The notes under the pieces: model-generated | What the model was told of the DNA's origin: nothing | Seen by the model: only the letters and a program-made list of their open reading frames with translations | Database searches by the model: none | Position numbers and translations under genes: made by a program | Shown: piece after piece, positions 10,322 through 20,553 of the stretch | Numbering within the stretch: the stretch's first letter is position 1 | How the letters are laid out: every line of letters begins with the position of its first letter | From: Candidatus Poribacteria bacterium | GTDB lineage: Bacteria; Poribacteria; WGA-4E; WGA-3G | Direction: 5' to 3' | Length of the DNA stretch: 64,000 bases | NCBI GenBank assembly: GCA_963663765.2 | Contig: CAXXUA010000003.1 | Span: forward strand, 224,001 to 288,000

Positions 10322-11143
10322 TTACGTACAAAAAGGTTTTAAATATGTAAAACTTTGTTCTGCAGCGTCTTCGGGTTCCATGATCTCTCGGAACGCTTGA
10401 TGTACCGTCACATATCCATCGTAAGCGATTGCTTCCAAACCGCGAAACACTAATGGAAAATCAATTCCACCCTCATCTTGCAACCGTATCGGATCGTGCG
10501 GGACTTCACCTTGTATCCATGTCAAAAGTCGTGTCTTCCCTTCCGGTCTACGTATGTGGTTCTGAAGATAGACATTGAACAGATATGGTGAAAAGCGTTT
10601 GAGAGTCTCAACGTCATACTTCTGCGCGCATAGATCGAGATTAGCAGGTTCATAGATAATACCAAAGTTCTTTCTGCCGACACGTTTTAGGACATCAATA
10701 GATCCCTCAACTGTTTCAAATAGACTCTGTGTATGCGATTGATGTGCAAGACAGATGCCACGTTCTGATGCTTCGTCAGATGCATGTTGTGCCCAAAGTA
10801 TATCTTCCTCAACCTTCATAGCGATCCGAATTAGTTCTGCCCCCAGCAGCTCCGTTAAATCAAGATATGGTGTAATATTGCGAAGTCCGTTCGGCCCTTC
10901 ATCGTTGTTGAGTGGGACAGGAAAATCACCGGTGACCATAGATATTTTTAGGTTGAGTGATTCTGCCTGTTTGCGTGCAGCGGTAATCTGCTCCAAAGGA
11001 GAATGGATGCCAACCTGCGAAGCACGCATACACATCGCCTCATAACCGAGGTTTGCTGCTAATTCTGTGAGTTGTGCAAATGTGTGTGTGGCATCTCTTT
11101 TTGATGCTGTCTCTGCAACGCGAACGGAAAGTGAGAGTTTCAT
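10322..11143 (-). CDS. Sugar phosphate isomerase/epimerase (AP-endonuclease-2 TIM barrel) family protein
   Basis: Length and pattern typical of the family: RIAMK, IIYEPANL, G.IDFP.VF..L....YDGYVTV. Confidence 0.75.
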   Translation of the reverse strand: MKLSLSVRVAETASKRDATHTFAQLTELAANLGYEAMCMRASQVGIHSPLEQITAARKQAESLNLKISMVTGDFPVPLNNDEGPNGLRNITPYLDLTELLGAELIRIAMKVEEDILWAQHASDEASERGICLAHQSHTQSLFETVEGSIDVLKRVGRKNFGIIYEPANLDLCAQKYDVETLKRFSPYLFNVYLQNHIRRPEGKTRLLTWIQGEVPHDPIRLQDEGGIDFPLVFRGLEAIAYDGYVTVHQAFREIMEPEDAAEQSFTYLKPFCT

Positions 11144-11294
11144 CTAATCCTTTTCTCCAAAGTTTGTCGTGAAAGTCTATATTATAACCCAAGTTGCAAC
11201 CTACTTCGGAATACTCTTATAGGAGGGGTTTCTAACCCCGATTTAGAACAAAAAACATTAATATTTGCGAAAAACCGTTGTTTTATTTGTAATA

Positions 11295-11440
11295 ACTAGT
11301 GCTTAGTCACGTGCTTATTGATGGGTCTAAAAAGAAGTCGGGAATCGGAGTTCCCTCCTACAATACACACAATACACAAGTCTTCTGTAGGAGCGATCTC
11401 CGAATCTCAACCTACAATAGTATGTTGACTCAACACTAGT
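11295..11440. mobile_element. MITE with imperfect ACTAGTG..AGTCA ends containing two REP palindromes
   Basis: actagtgcttagtca / tgactcaacactagt. Internal REPs gtcgggaatcggagttccctcctac and gtaggagcgatctccgaatc belong to the same REP family as 56041-56107. Confidence 0.55.
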
Positions 11441-11514
11441 AACTATCTGTTTGAAATTGTTTAGGTGGCAACTTTTGTGTATTTCTTGAGATTTCATAAG
11501 AATTTGCTACTATC

Positions 11515-11540
11515 AAAACCGTACCGTACGGTACGGTTTT
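11515..11540. repeat. Perfect 26-bp palindrome within a T/G-skewed non-coding tract
   Basis: AAAACCGTACCGTACGGTACGGTTTT, with half-sites repeated at ~11551 and ~11645. Confidence 0.8.
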
Positions 11541-11853
11541 TTCGGTTTGCGGTACGGTTTTGTAAACATGTAATGCGTCCAGTATCTATAAGGCTTTATC
11601 GTGGTTTTTGTAGTGTTTTTAATGTGAAATCATTTTCATTTTTTGGTACGGTTTTTACGGTTCGCGTTTTTATGTGTTTTGGTATTTGTTTTGCATAGTG
11701 TTTTTGTTGTGTGTTTTTCTTTTGTATATATTATATATGATTTTTTATGGTTTTTGTAGTTTTTCGGGTGTCTGTTTATTGGGATTTTCAATAAGTTTAA
11801 TGTGTATTTGGATTTACAGCAAAGTTTCTATTCAAAACTTTACACACCCTGTG

Positions 11854-12705
11854 TTATAGAAGTATATCAGTGATGGAAAGTACCATCAAAACCAAACTTA
11901 TCATACCGTTCAACGTGAAGAACGCGAGATTGACACGGGAAAGGTCATTTGGTTTGACAATAGCATGTTCATAAATGAAAATAAGGACGACAATTCCAAC
12001 ACCAATATAGTAAAAAAGTCCCAATTCCACAAGAAACGGTATACCGAATAGAAGTAAAACAGCGACCGCGTGAAACGCAGATGAAACCCATAATGCCCAA
12101 CGAATACCGAGCCGCGCTGGAATAGAACGCAGTCCATGTTTTCTGTCAAAGTTAACATCTTGACATGCATAGATGATGTCAAATCCTGCTGTCCAAAGCA
12201 ACACAACACAACAAAGTACTATGGGTGTCCAATTAAATCTACCTGTAATTGCTATCCACGCTCCAACGGGTGAGATGGATAGTGCCAATCCTAACCACAA
12301 ATGCGATAGTGCAGTGAACCGTTTCGAGTACGAATACCCCATGATGACAGCAAGTGCAACAGGTGACAAAGCAAAAGCAAGTGGGTTTAATCGCCACGCA
12401 GCGCATACTAACAAACCTGCAGATACAAGTGTAAAAAACCAAACTGCTCCTTTTGTGATTAAACCTGACGGGATGGCACGCATTGACGTTCGCGGATTTA
12501 CGCCATCAATTTCCGCATCAGCAAGACGATTGAACGCCATCGCACAACTACGCGCACCCATCATCGCAACAAGAATCCAACCGAGTTTGGGAAGCGGTGG
12601 AATCCCGTCCGATGCAATAAACGCACTCATGATCGCAAACGGAAGTGCAAAAACGGTATGTTCAAATTTGATCATCTCAAGAATGATTTTGAGTTTTCGC
12701 ATCAA
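11854..12705 (-). CDS. mqnP: UbiA-family prenyltransferase (MqnP-like, menaquinone futalosine pathway)
   Basis: IKFEHTVFALPFA, NRLADAEID..NPRT, YSYSKRFT and GFDIIYACQD motifs. Confidence 0.85.
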   Translation of the reverse strand: MMRKLKIILEMIKFEHTVFALPFAIMSAFIASDGIPPLPKLGWILVAMMGARSCAMAFNRLADAEIDGVNPRTSMRAIPSGLITKGAVWFFTLVSAGLLVCAAWRLNPLAFALSPVALAVIMGYSYSKRFTALSHLWLGLALSISPVGAWIAITGRFNWTPIVLCCVVLLWTAGFDIIYACQDVNFDRKHGLRSIPARLGIRWALWVSSAFHAVAVLLLFGIPFLVELGLFYYIGVGIVVLIFIYEHAIVKPNDLSRVNLAFFTLNGMISLVLMVLSITDILL

Positions 12706-12709
12706 CTAC

Positions 12710-13300
12710 CTATTCTTTCCACCTTTGCGTCAATCCTGAATCTACATCAAACTGGTCCAAGATTTTCGTGACAACAAAGTTAATTTGGTCATCTACCGTT
12801 TTCGGATAATGATAAAACCCTGGCATTGCAGGTAGAACACACACACCTATCCGTGATAGTTTGAGCATGTTTTCAAGATGGATGGAACTGAGCGGGGTCT
12901 CACGTGGCACGATAACAAGTTTTCTACGTTCCTTGATACATACGTCTGCTGAACGTTGGATAAGGTTACGGGAAATACCCGATGCAATAGATGCAACAGT
13001 CCCCATACTACACGGCACAACAATCATACCCTCTGTCCGAAAAGAACCACTCGCTATTGCTGCGCCGATATCAGATTCATGATGGTAAATCACCTGTTCC
13101 GTGTCAATACCAATAAGCGATTCCAACTTGAAATTATCAATATCAACTTCAATCTGCAGTTCTTCCCACAGTGCCCGCGCGCCAGACTTAGAGATAGTCA
13201 GATGCACTTCAAAATCCCGTTGTTGTGTCAGAACTTCAAGCAACCGCACTCCATAAACGACTGCACTTGCACCTGTGATACCGACTATCAATCGCTTCAA
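12710..13300 (-). CDS. ubiX: Flavin prenyltransferase UbiX
   Basis: GITGAS, ASGS, PCSMGT, RETPL, PAMPGFY. Confidence 0.93.
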   Translation of the reverse strand: MKRLIVGITGASAVVYGVRLLEVLTQQRDFEVHLTISKSGARALWEELQIEVDIDNFKLESLIGIDTEQVIYHHESDIGAAIASGSFRTEGMIVVPCSMGTVASIASGISRNLIQRSADVCIKERRKLVIVPRETPLSSIHLENMLKLSRIGVCVLPAMPGFYHYPKTVDDQINFVVTKILDQFDVDSGLTQRWKE

Positions 13301-14581
13301 TTAGTGTTTCTCCGATATAAACGGCAGAAGGTTGCCCGTTGTGTCAAATTCATAAGGAAGTGTCTTACCGACTACCTCAAGATTTGAATGTATTTGTGCA
13401 TCTTCAAGGAGTACCTCTGAAATATCCATTTCTGTCAATCTCAACGTGCTCTCAATGCGAATCACACGTGCATTCTCCGGTTTCGTCAGTCCAATGGTGT
13501 CAAGTGCAACTTCAATCGCTTCTCTGTCTGTATCGTAGTAGAAGGGGATCTTTGACTTCTGCGGACCAAGTGCGGTAATACCGTTCATATAGGTTGCATG
13601 TCGGTCAATCTGTTCAACGAGTCGCGTTGTTGTGAAATCTGCAAGACCAATTCCTGTTGCATTACCATCACTTTCTTCGGTGAGATCACGCACAAATATA
13701 CGTAGAATCGCAGGTTTGAGGGGTTCTGGTTCAAAATTCTGCATCATCCTACCGATAACATTGGTATCCATTCCTGTCCCACTGATGTTTTTCCCAACCC
13801 AGTCTACAATCAAGAGGTCAAGTTCATCAAATGGAAGCCGTCCCATCAAAGATTTTGACTCAACCAGCAGTTCGCGTTCGGTTTGCAGAAGTCGTGCAGC
13901 AGGCATTGCAACAACCTTCGCAGTGTCTTCATGAGCATTTTCTATCAGTCCTAAACCAAATGCAATCTTCCCTGAGTCAAGGATAAAACTCCCTGCTGCT
14001 GTAATAACATGTTCAAAACCGTATTGAAAGAAAGCACGGTGATAAAAGTTTGCCCCTTGCTGTTTACCGAGACCAATAACCATCATCTTCATCAATCCGC
14101 TTTCTATAGATCCGTTGAAATCCGTATGTGCTTTAATGCGGTTAAGTGGTACGACATGGTCAGCTTCTGCGGCATAACGATCCATGAAAACAGGTAGGTC
14201 GTCAGCTCCTGCTTGCGGTAAAGTGCCAAGTTTCACAACATCCATTGTCGCTTTGACAGGTGCGCCAACAGTTTCCTCCGTAATTCCGTAATGCTCCAGC
14301 ACGCTCCGCTGTCCTTCTGCTGTTGCCCCGCCGTGGCTGCCCATCGCTGGAACAACAAAAGGTTTCGCACCAATACCTTTGAGATAATCCACAGTCGCCT
14401 TAACTGCTGTTGCGACATTAGCAACTCCTCGACTCCCCGCAGTAATCGCAACAGTCTTACCGGGATGGACAATAGCTGCAGCATCAATCCTATCCAATTC
14501 TGCATGAATTGCTGCGGGCAGATCATTGAGAACCGGTGCGTCAAAATGCTGTCGGACTCGTGTCATTTTTGGAAGAGCCAT
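13301..14581 (-). CDS. Lactate-racemase (LarA)-like / DUF362 domain protein
   Basis: AITAGSRG, PAMGSHGGAT, NRIKAHTDF, ESGLMKM..IGLGK, GKNISGTGMDTNVIGR. Confidence 0.75.
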   Translation of the reverse strand: MALPKMTRVRQHFDAPVLNDLPAAIHAELDRIDAAAIVHPGKTVAITAGSRGVANVATAVKATVDYLKGIGAKPFVVPAMGSHGGATAEGQRSVLEHYGITEETVGAPVKATMDVVKLGTLPQAGADDLPVFMDRYAAEADHVVPLNRIKAHTDFNGSIESGLMKMMVIGLGKQQGANFYHRAFFQYGFEHVITAAGSFILDSGKIAFGLGLIENAHEDTAKVVAMPAARLLQTERELLVESKSLMGRLPFDELDLLIVDWVGKNISGTGMDTNVIGRMMQNFEPEPLKPAILRIFVRDLTEESDGNATGIGLADFTTTRLVEQIDRHATYMNGITALGPQKSKIPFYYDTDREAIEVALDTIGLTKPENARVIRIESTLRLTEMDISEVLLEDAQIHSNLEVVGKTLPYEFDTTGNLLPFISEKH

Positions 14582-14741
14582 CTGTTTCTGTCCTTATTCT
14601 AATAAAATGTATTGTCTTACTCAAATCTACTCTTACGGGCAATTCTAACAGAAATAACACAGAAATGCAAGCAAATTAGAGATGAACCAGGGTTATTTAG
14701 TTTTAAGAATTATCAGTTGATGGGTCTTATCCTTGTAATCT

Positions 14742-14776
14742 TGGGAATGTCATAAGACATTCATACCTTTGATGTG
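14742..14776 (+). repeat. Degenerate hairpin micro-insertion (GAATGTC-ataa-GACATTC-atacc-tttgatgtg)
   Basis: Same layout as 33048-33090 and the 27-bp array unit, with compensatory stem changes. Confidence 0.55.
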
Positions 14777-14840
14777 AACATCTGAGAATCCTGCAAATCT
14801 TGGTTCAGACATAATAAAAGACTTTACACCCCATAATTTT

Positions 14841-14869
14841 TTGACAAATTTACATTTTTATGTCATAAT
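14841..14869 (+). promoter_or_regulatory. Sigma70-type promoter for the PhyH gene
   Basis: TTGACA-17bp-(TG)-CATAAT. Confidence 0.55.
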
Positions 14870-14960
14870 TCCACACCTTAGTATTAGAAAATATTGACAT
14901 CTGGTTTTCATTCAAACTATAAGGGTCTACATGCAAACACACCGAAAGGGAGGTTGAGTT

Positions 14961-16115
14961 ATGGACTCAGATAAATCAACGACAACAGAAACTTACCGTG
15001 CAACCGCATTCGCTGATTTCAATCCAGAACATGCAGCACCAGGTGCCACACCAGAACGTTTAGCACACTTGAAAGAACAAGGTTTTGTCATCATCAACGA
15101 CTTTGTTGACAATCCGTGGATACCGATACTACGTGAAGCGGGTAGAGGTGTTACAGAAGCATGTGCACCTGAAAACAAATATGATGTAATTGACTGTTCA
15201 AAAGGGTACGTCCACAGAACAGGACAAGACCAACCGTGGGCAATTCGAGGAATCATTCATCCAGCATTCGGTGAATCCAGTTTTGCTGAATTCCACGGTT
15301 CAACTGAATTCTTAGACTTCGTGGCATCCTGGTGCTACGGACTTCAACCTGAAGATCTAACATTCAGCGGTATGCTGCTGTGGGCAAATCCACGCACACA
15401 TGAAAACAAACTCGGTTGGCACAGAGACGTGACATGGTGGGGGACGGGGAAAAGTTACTTTGCACAAAGGGAAGTCCGGGGCGATGGTCCTGAAGCATAC
15501 TCTGAAGAGACTGAAAGTAAAATTTGGAAAGAAATCCAAGAAAGAAACGTTAAGAACATAGAAAAACGGAACGGTGTAAGTATGTTTTTAGCACTTGTTG
15601 ACGACGAATGCCATGAACTCATCCCCGGCAGCCATGACAGATGGCGCACTCCTTATGAGCACGATGTACTACTGCCTAAAGCAATGAAAGATCAAGGTGT
15701 GCCGCATACACCAAGCTGGAATGGCACAGACCCCTTACCCGGACAAGTCGCAATACGACTAAAAGCGGGTGAAGCACTCATCCGAAACGGTGCAACAATC
15801 CACACAGGACACACTGTACCTGAACGCGAACGCAACACACTGTCAATCGGTTGGTCAAAATGGGGAGGTGAATTCACTGGAGAACCTTCCGTTACAGATG
15901 TCCGACATGCATGGCAGCTGGATTCAGCAGTAAGGGACACACTACCCCATGAATGGATGAAAACCGCATGGGATCGCTGGACAGAAACTCAAAAACTCGG
16001 CGATACACTTGAAGATCGTTACGTAGGATTTGATATTAGACACATCAAATCTGGAATGGTGCTTGGGTGGCGCGGCGAATTAGAACAGAAAGCCGCTGCT
16101 GGTAAAGAAGTCTAA
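14961..16115 (+). CDS. Phytanoyl-CoA dioxygenase (PhyH)-like Fe(II)/2OG oxygenase
   Basis: GFVII, WHRD, IPGSH and L.AGEA....TIHTG motifs; strong RBS GGGAGG. Confidence 0.75.
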   Translation: MDSDKSTTTETYRATAFADFNPEHAAPGATPERLAHLKEQGFVIINDFVDNPWIPILREAGRGVTEACAPENKYDVIDCSKGYVHRTGQDQPWAIRGIIHPAFGESSFAEFHGSTEFLDFVASWCYGLQPEDLTFSGMLLWANPRTHENKLGWHRDVTWWGTGKSYFAQREVRGDGPEAYSEETESKIWKEIQERNVKNIEKRNGVSMFLALVDDECHELIPGSHDRWRTPYEHDVLLPKAMKDQGVPHTPSWNGTDPLPGQVAIRLKAGEALIRNGATIHTGHTVPERERNTLSIGWSKWGGEFTGEPSVTDVRHAWQLDSAVRDTLPHEWMKTAWDRWTETQKLGDTLEDRYVGFDIRHIKSGMVLGWRGELEQKAAAGKEV

Positions 16116-17302
16116 TCTATCACCGATTCATAAACATCAACCAGTTTCTTCGCAATGTTGCGCCAATCGTAATCCTGTTCAACGCGCACACGACCACGCA
16201 GCCCTATTTTTTGACGTAACGAGATGTCTATTAGCAATCGGATGACCGCATCAGCAAACGCTTTCGGTTCATCAGCAATAAAAATATCTTCACCGTCTTG
16301 GAGTGCTAACCCCTCTGCACCCACGGTAGTGGACACAACCGCTTTCCCCATTGCTAACGCTTCAAGGATTTTGAGGCGCGTTCCACTTCCGATACGTAAT
16401 GGTACAACAAAAACTGTCGCCTCAGCAAAATAGGGTTTGATCTCAGGCACGCGTCCTGTGACCACAACACCTTCACGTTCAGCCAACTTTTGCACCCGTG
16501 CCGATGGTTTTCCACCAACAATAGAAAATCTGACATCCGACATACTCTTCTGAATTAACGGCAACACCTCTTCAGCAAAAAAGGCAACTGCGTCTTCGTT
16601 CGGATACCAATCCATACTGCCGATATAGATGAGGTGTGCGGAAGCCTCAACTTCAAAATCTGGAGAAAAATGCGTAACATCTACACCGTTCGGTACGACT
16701 TGGACAGCACCATCCTTGCAATACTTCTGAAAAACGGCAGCATCAATCTCAGACGTGCATGTAACCGCATCAAATTTCGGACTGAACACCCGCTCATAAC
16801 GTTGAAATGCAAGTTTCTGAGTCCAATACGCAAACTTGTAAAATAGATTCGTCGTTTCATCCTGTAGACGTTCCCAAATCGCAGAATCAACATTTTGTAA
16901 TGAAAGCACACTCGGAAGGTCGGTTTCTGTGTATAATTGTCCCGTGTGAAACATCTCATAGTGAACAAGGTCATAAGTTTCTGTTGACAACAATTCTTTG
17001 AATTTCTGCCTATATGCACCTACATTGTAACGGGCAACGGTGATGGGTTGTCTTTGGAAAAAAGCTGAAAGAAGTGTACTGAGTGATACGCGAGGTAACG
17101 AGGTGGTATTTGCTACAAGGTGTACGTTAATACCTAATTCCTGGAGATGTTCAATACTCTCAACATCTGTCGGCTGCGTCTCTAATGCAAGGAGGGACAC
17201 ATCGTTTTTTTCTGCAATCTGTTTGACGAGGTTATAGACGCGAATACGACCACCGTCTGTGAGAGGATAAGGCACGGTAGGCGAGAGGAAAAGTATCTTC
17301 AT
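16112..17302 (-). CDS. Glycosyltransferase family 4 (GT-B)
   Basis: PYP..DGGRIR, PNGVD, GSMDWYPN, GSGTRLKILEALAMG. Confidence 0.9.
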   Translation of the reverse strand: MKILFLSPTVPYPLTDGGRIRVYNLVKQIAEKNDVSLLALETQPTDVESIEHLQELGINVHLVANTTSLPRVSLSTLLSAFFQRQPITVARYNVGAYRQKFKELLSTETYDLVHYEMFHTGQLYTETDLPSVLSLQNVDSAIWERLQDETTNLFYKFAYWTQKLAFQRYERVFSPKFDAVTCTSEIDAAVFQKYCKDGAVQVVPNGVDVTHFSPDFEVEASAHLIYIGSMDWYPNEDAVAFFAEEVLPLIQKSMSDVRFSIVGGKPSARVQKLAEREGVVVTGRVPEIKPYFAEATVFVVPLRIGSGTRLKILEALAMGKAVVSTTVGAEGLALQDGEDIFIADEPKAFADAVIRLLIDISLRQKIGLRGRVRVEQDYDWRNIAKKLVDVYESVID

Positions 17303-17343
17303 GTTTAGGGGAAATTATTTCCAATATTAAACTAACGGGATTA

Positions 17344-18399
17344 TCACTTACTTGTCAACCCATCAAAAAATACAACCAACTTGTCTTTAAGTTGCTGACG
17401 TGAACTGAGGGAATGTTGGGGCGGCGTGAAAACAGTACCACGTTCTCGTTGTACCCATCCTTTCATACTCCCCTTTGCGCGGATAAGCAGCCATTTGCTT
17501 TCAAGATCAACAAAAACTTTCAACCATCCGTTCTCATTTCGGATGATGTATTTTTGAGAACCGTCCACCACATTCCAACTATTATCTACCTCTATTGTCC
17601 TAAGTTTAGCATTTCGTGATAGCGGTATCTCCTGCAACGTGAAACTTTGCTTTATTTCTTCAGATATTGATCCTTCGTTCAATGCGTTCATAGATGTTAA
17701 ATCCACACTAAAAAGAGACATTACAATAGGATACTTAGATTGTTGAAATACATCCAGTTTTTTGGTGCCATTTCGAATTTCATAAGACTGCTGTGTTTTG
17801 TTGTCAGTAATCAACCACGATTTACCAATCTTTTCAATTGTAGATTGCAAATCTGTTGATAGTGTAATGCGTTTATTGTTAAATGCCTCACGTAAGTTTG
17901 GAAGATAGATATCAAGACTATCACCTGCCTTCTCAATCCTATAGGCAGCCCCAGTTCTATCGGAAAGAACCCAATCCTGACCGCTGATTAACACTTCCAG
18001 TTTATGTGCACCCGAACTAAAACTCACATTTACATCCGCATCAGCAAACATTTTTTGCCAGTTATATTTAGTCTTTAATTCTTTATCTATTAATTCGTCA
18101 CCGTAACGTGAACGCATACCTAACACAACACTAAACAATAATTTCTCTGATAACACACCATAGTTCAAGTTGCTAATATATTTTTGGTCTATACTGAAAA
18201 GATATACATCTTTGGTATAAAACTTCGGTTTTGAGTTGACCGTTGGTCTGCCACGCACTGATGTACGCGAACGCACCTGCAATTTCGGCGGTTCTGTCTC
18301 TGGAATTGGCGGTGCTTGAAAAATATAGACACAGAAGCAGGCACCTACAAAAACAAAAATGAGAAAAACTAAGCCAATGCTCTTAAATACTGATTTCAT
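17344..18399 (-). CDS. Membrane-anchored protein: putative SH3-like domain split by three internal repeats
   Basis: N-terminal TM helix. SVRGRP and WLLIR...GWVQ flank three W..D...Y.I.....L.V[FY] repeats. Confidence 0.6.
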   Translation of the reverse strand: MKSVFKSIGLVFLIFVFVGACFCVYIFQAPPIPETEPPKLQVRSRTSVRGRPTVNSKPKFYTKDVYLFSIDQKYISNLNYGVLSEKLLFSVVLGMRSRYGDELIDKELKTKYNWQKMFADADVNVSFSSGAHKLEVLISGQDWVLSDRTGAAYRIEKAGDSLDIYLPNLREAFNNKRITLSTDLQSTIEKIGKSWLITDNKTQQSYEIRNGTKKLDVFQQSKYPIVMSLFSVDLTSMNALNEGSISEEIKQSFTLQEIPLSRNAKLRTIEVDNSWNVVDGSQKYIIRNENGWLKVFVDLESKWLLIRAKGSMKGWVQRERGTVFTPPQHSLSSRQQLKDKLVVFFDGLTSK

Positions 18400-18503
18400 A
18401 ACAATATTTCACAAGAAAAAAAACAATTCCAATTTTAAGACAATCTCTGCTGTTTAATTATAATATTAAATCACAGGAATATGCAAGGAATATCTAAAGG
18501 GTT

Positions 18504-19022
18504 GGTGTGTAAAGTTTTTGCACAAACATCCCACTCTCCATTGTAGGACATGTCTCTGTGCCCCGCCGCAACTGATTAAATGAGAGATTGCGGACACAGA
18601 GCTCTAATGAGTTTTGACGTTCAAGTTGTGTATTCGTAGGGGCGTGGTTGCCACGCCCGATCTACGCAAACTTAAAAACCAAACGGGTTGGCCAACCCAA
18701 CCCCTACGAATTCAACTACCGAATTTGATTGTCAAACTTCATTAGGTATCAATATAAAGAAATATTGTTAATATTAACCATATTCTTCAGTCCCGTAGGG
18801 ACGATATGTTTATAGAAATACATATCCCCACGTCTTTTTAGTCCCGACAAATGCCATACGCGCATTTGGCGTTGATTTGGTAGGGACGATATGTTTATCC
18901 TTCTATGTCGTTCCTACGGAACTAAAGAGAGGGGATGTGATAACGTCTTTCTATAAACATTGCGTCCCTACGGGACTAAAGAGAACAAAAGTTAGTACCT
19001 CTGTGCAAAAACTTTACACACC
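18504..19022. mobile_element. Composite MITE with 21-bp TIR GGTGTGTAAAGTTTTTGCACA, copy A
   Basis: Perfect TIRs. The backbone is an inverted copy of 28080-28876. It contains a nested TA-flanked MITE (18605-18744) with a REP pair and a 34-nt micro-insertion (18846-18879). Confidence 0.85.
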
Positions 19023-19189
19023 AGATCCACAACACCGCTATTGTATCAAGTGAAACATTTATGGTAAAATATTGAAATGGTATACGTTTTTCTTGGGAAT
19101 GGAACTCAAAACCATCAACCTCTAATCTTGTAAATCTTATAATCTTGAAAATCCTGGTTCAGACAAATGACAAAATTCTAAACATTGAC

Positions 19190-20491
19190 ATGCATACACT
19201 AAACCCATTAGCAGCTGAATTAAATCAACAAATCCGCGACACTTCTCCAGAAGTTTACGCGCTTCTCTCCGATTTAGGTAAACAAATCTACCTACCAAGA
19301 GGCATCCTAAGTCAAAGTGCTGAGGCAAGCGAAAAAGCATCTCGTTATAATGCAACCCGCGCAGTAGCATTAGCAGAGAAACAAATAATGCATCTGGACG
19401 TTTCGCATCATTTCGTCCCTGAACTGACACCTGAAACCGTTTACAACTATCCACCAATACTCGGCAACACGAAACTACGCAACGCATGGCAAACACACAT
19501 CCAAAAAAACAACCCACTACTTGCAGAGACAACACTCTGCCTCCCGATTGTGACAAGTGGAATGACACACGGCTTCAGTCTACTTGCCGATCTATTTGTC
19601 AATCTCGGTGACACGCTTGTTCTACCAGATAAAACATGGGGAAATTACAAACTTATATTCCAAACAAAAGTAGGAGCAAATATCCAATCCTATCCATTCT
19701 TTGATAGTGGCAAATGTTTCAACATCAGTGGATTTAGTGATGCCCTTTCAAAACATACCGGGAACAAAATGCTAATTCTACTGAACTTTCCTCACAATCC
19801 GACTGGATACGCTATCACACATGCCGAAGCACAACAAATCAGGAATTCGCTGCTCATGTGTGCAAAAACCGGATGTCGTATCCTTGTGATGATTGATGAC
19901 GCTTATGCTGGCTTTTACTACGATGACGCAGTCATGCAAGAATCACTTTTCGGTATGTTAGTAGATAGTCACAAAAATATCATTGCAGTGAAAATAGATG
20001 GAGCAACAAAAGAAGAATACGCATGGGGTTTACGTGTAGGTTTTATGACTTTCGGGCTTGCAGAAAAGGTGATGAAAGGAATTGAGGAAAAGTTAAGCGG
20101 ACTCATCCGCGCAAATACCTCTGGCGCATCACAAATCTCTCAAACGCTAATACTTGAAGCAATGAATGCACCAGAATATACAGAACAAAAACAACAAAAC
20201 TATCAAATCCTTAAGAAAAGAGCATTGAAGGTAAAACAGGTTGCGACTGATAAAAAATATGCAAACCTGTGGGAAGTCTACCCAAACCATGCGGGTTACT
20301 TCACATGCCTATCCCTAAAATCAGGTAATGCTGAAGAAATCCGTAATATACTTCTTGACGAACACGGTATCGGCATAATCGCACTAAGTGAAAATGAATT
20401 ACGAATTGCATATTCCTGTCTCCAAGAATCCGAAATTGAAGACGTCTTCAAAAAAATCGCACAAGTTGCCAGAACTATTCAATTGTCGTAA
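19190..20491 (+). CDS. Aminotransferase class I/II (PLP-dependent)
   Basis: NFPHNPTGY, DDAY, DGATKEEYAWGLRVGF. ATG 19190 is the likely start because the track start 19145 lies in an aatcctg..tcagaca repeat. Confidence 0.88.
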   Translation: MHTLNPLAAELNQQIRDTSPEVYALLSDLGKQIYLPRGILSQSAEASEKASRYNATRAVALAEKQIMHLDVSHHFVPELTPETVYNYPPILGNTKLRNAWQTHIQKNNPLLAETTLCLPIVTSGMTHGFSLLADLFVNLGDTLVLPDKTWGNYKLIFQTKVGANIQSYPFFDSGKCFNISGFSDALSKHTGNKMLILLNFPHNPTGYAITHAEAQQIRNSLLMCAKTGCRILVMIDDAYAGFYYDDAVMQESLFGMLVDSHKNIIAVKIDGATKEEYAWGLRVGFMTFGLAEKVMKGIEEKLSGLIRANTSGASQISQTLILEAMNAPEYTEQKQQNYQILKKRALKVKQVATDKKYANLWEVYPNHAGYFTCLSLKSGNAEEIRNILLDEHGIGIIALSENELRIAYSCLQESEIEDVFKKIAQVARTIQLS

Positions 20492-20553
20492 AGTGAAACA
20501 CGTAATGAATTAGTAAATTCAATACACAACATTACGCGCTTCACCAAAATGGA

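Noticed and set aside
11465-11859. Two Phe/Cys-rich small ORFs
   Set aside because: They result from T-rich low-complexity DNA and have no RBS or recognisable domain.
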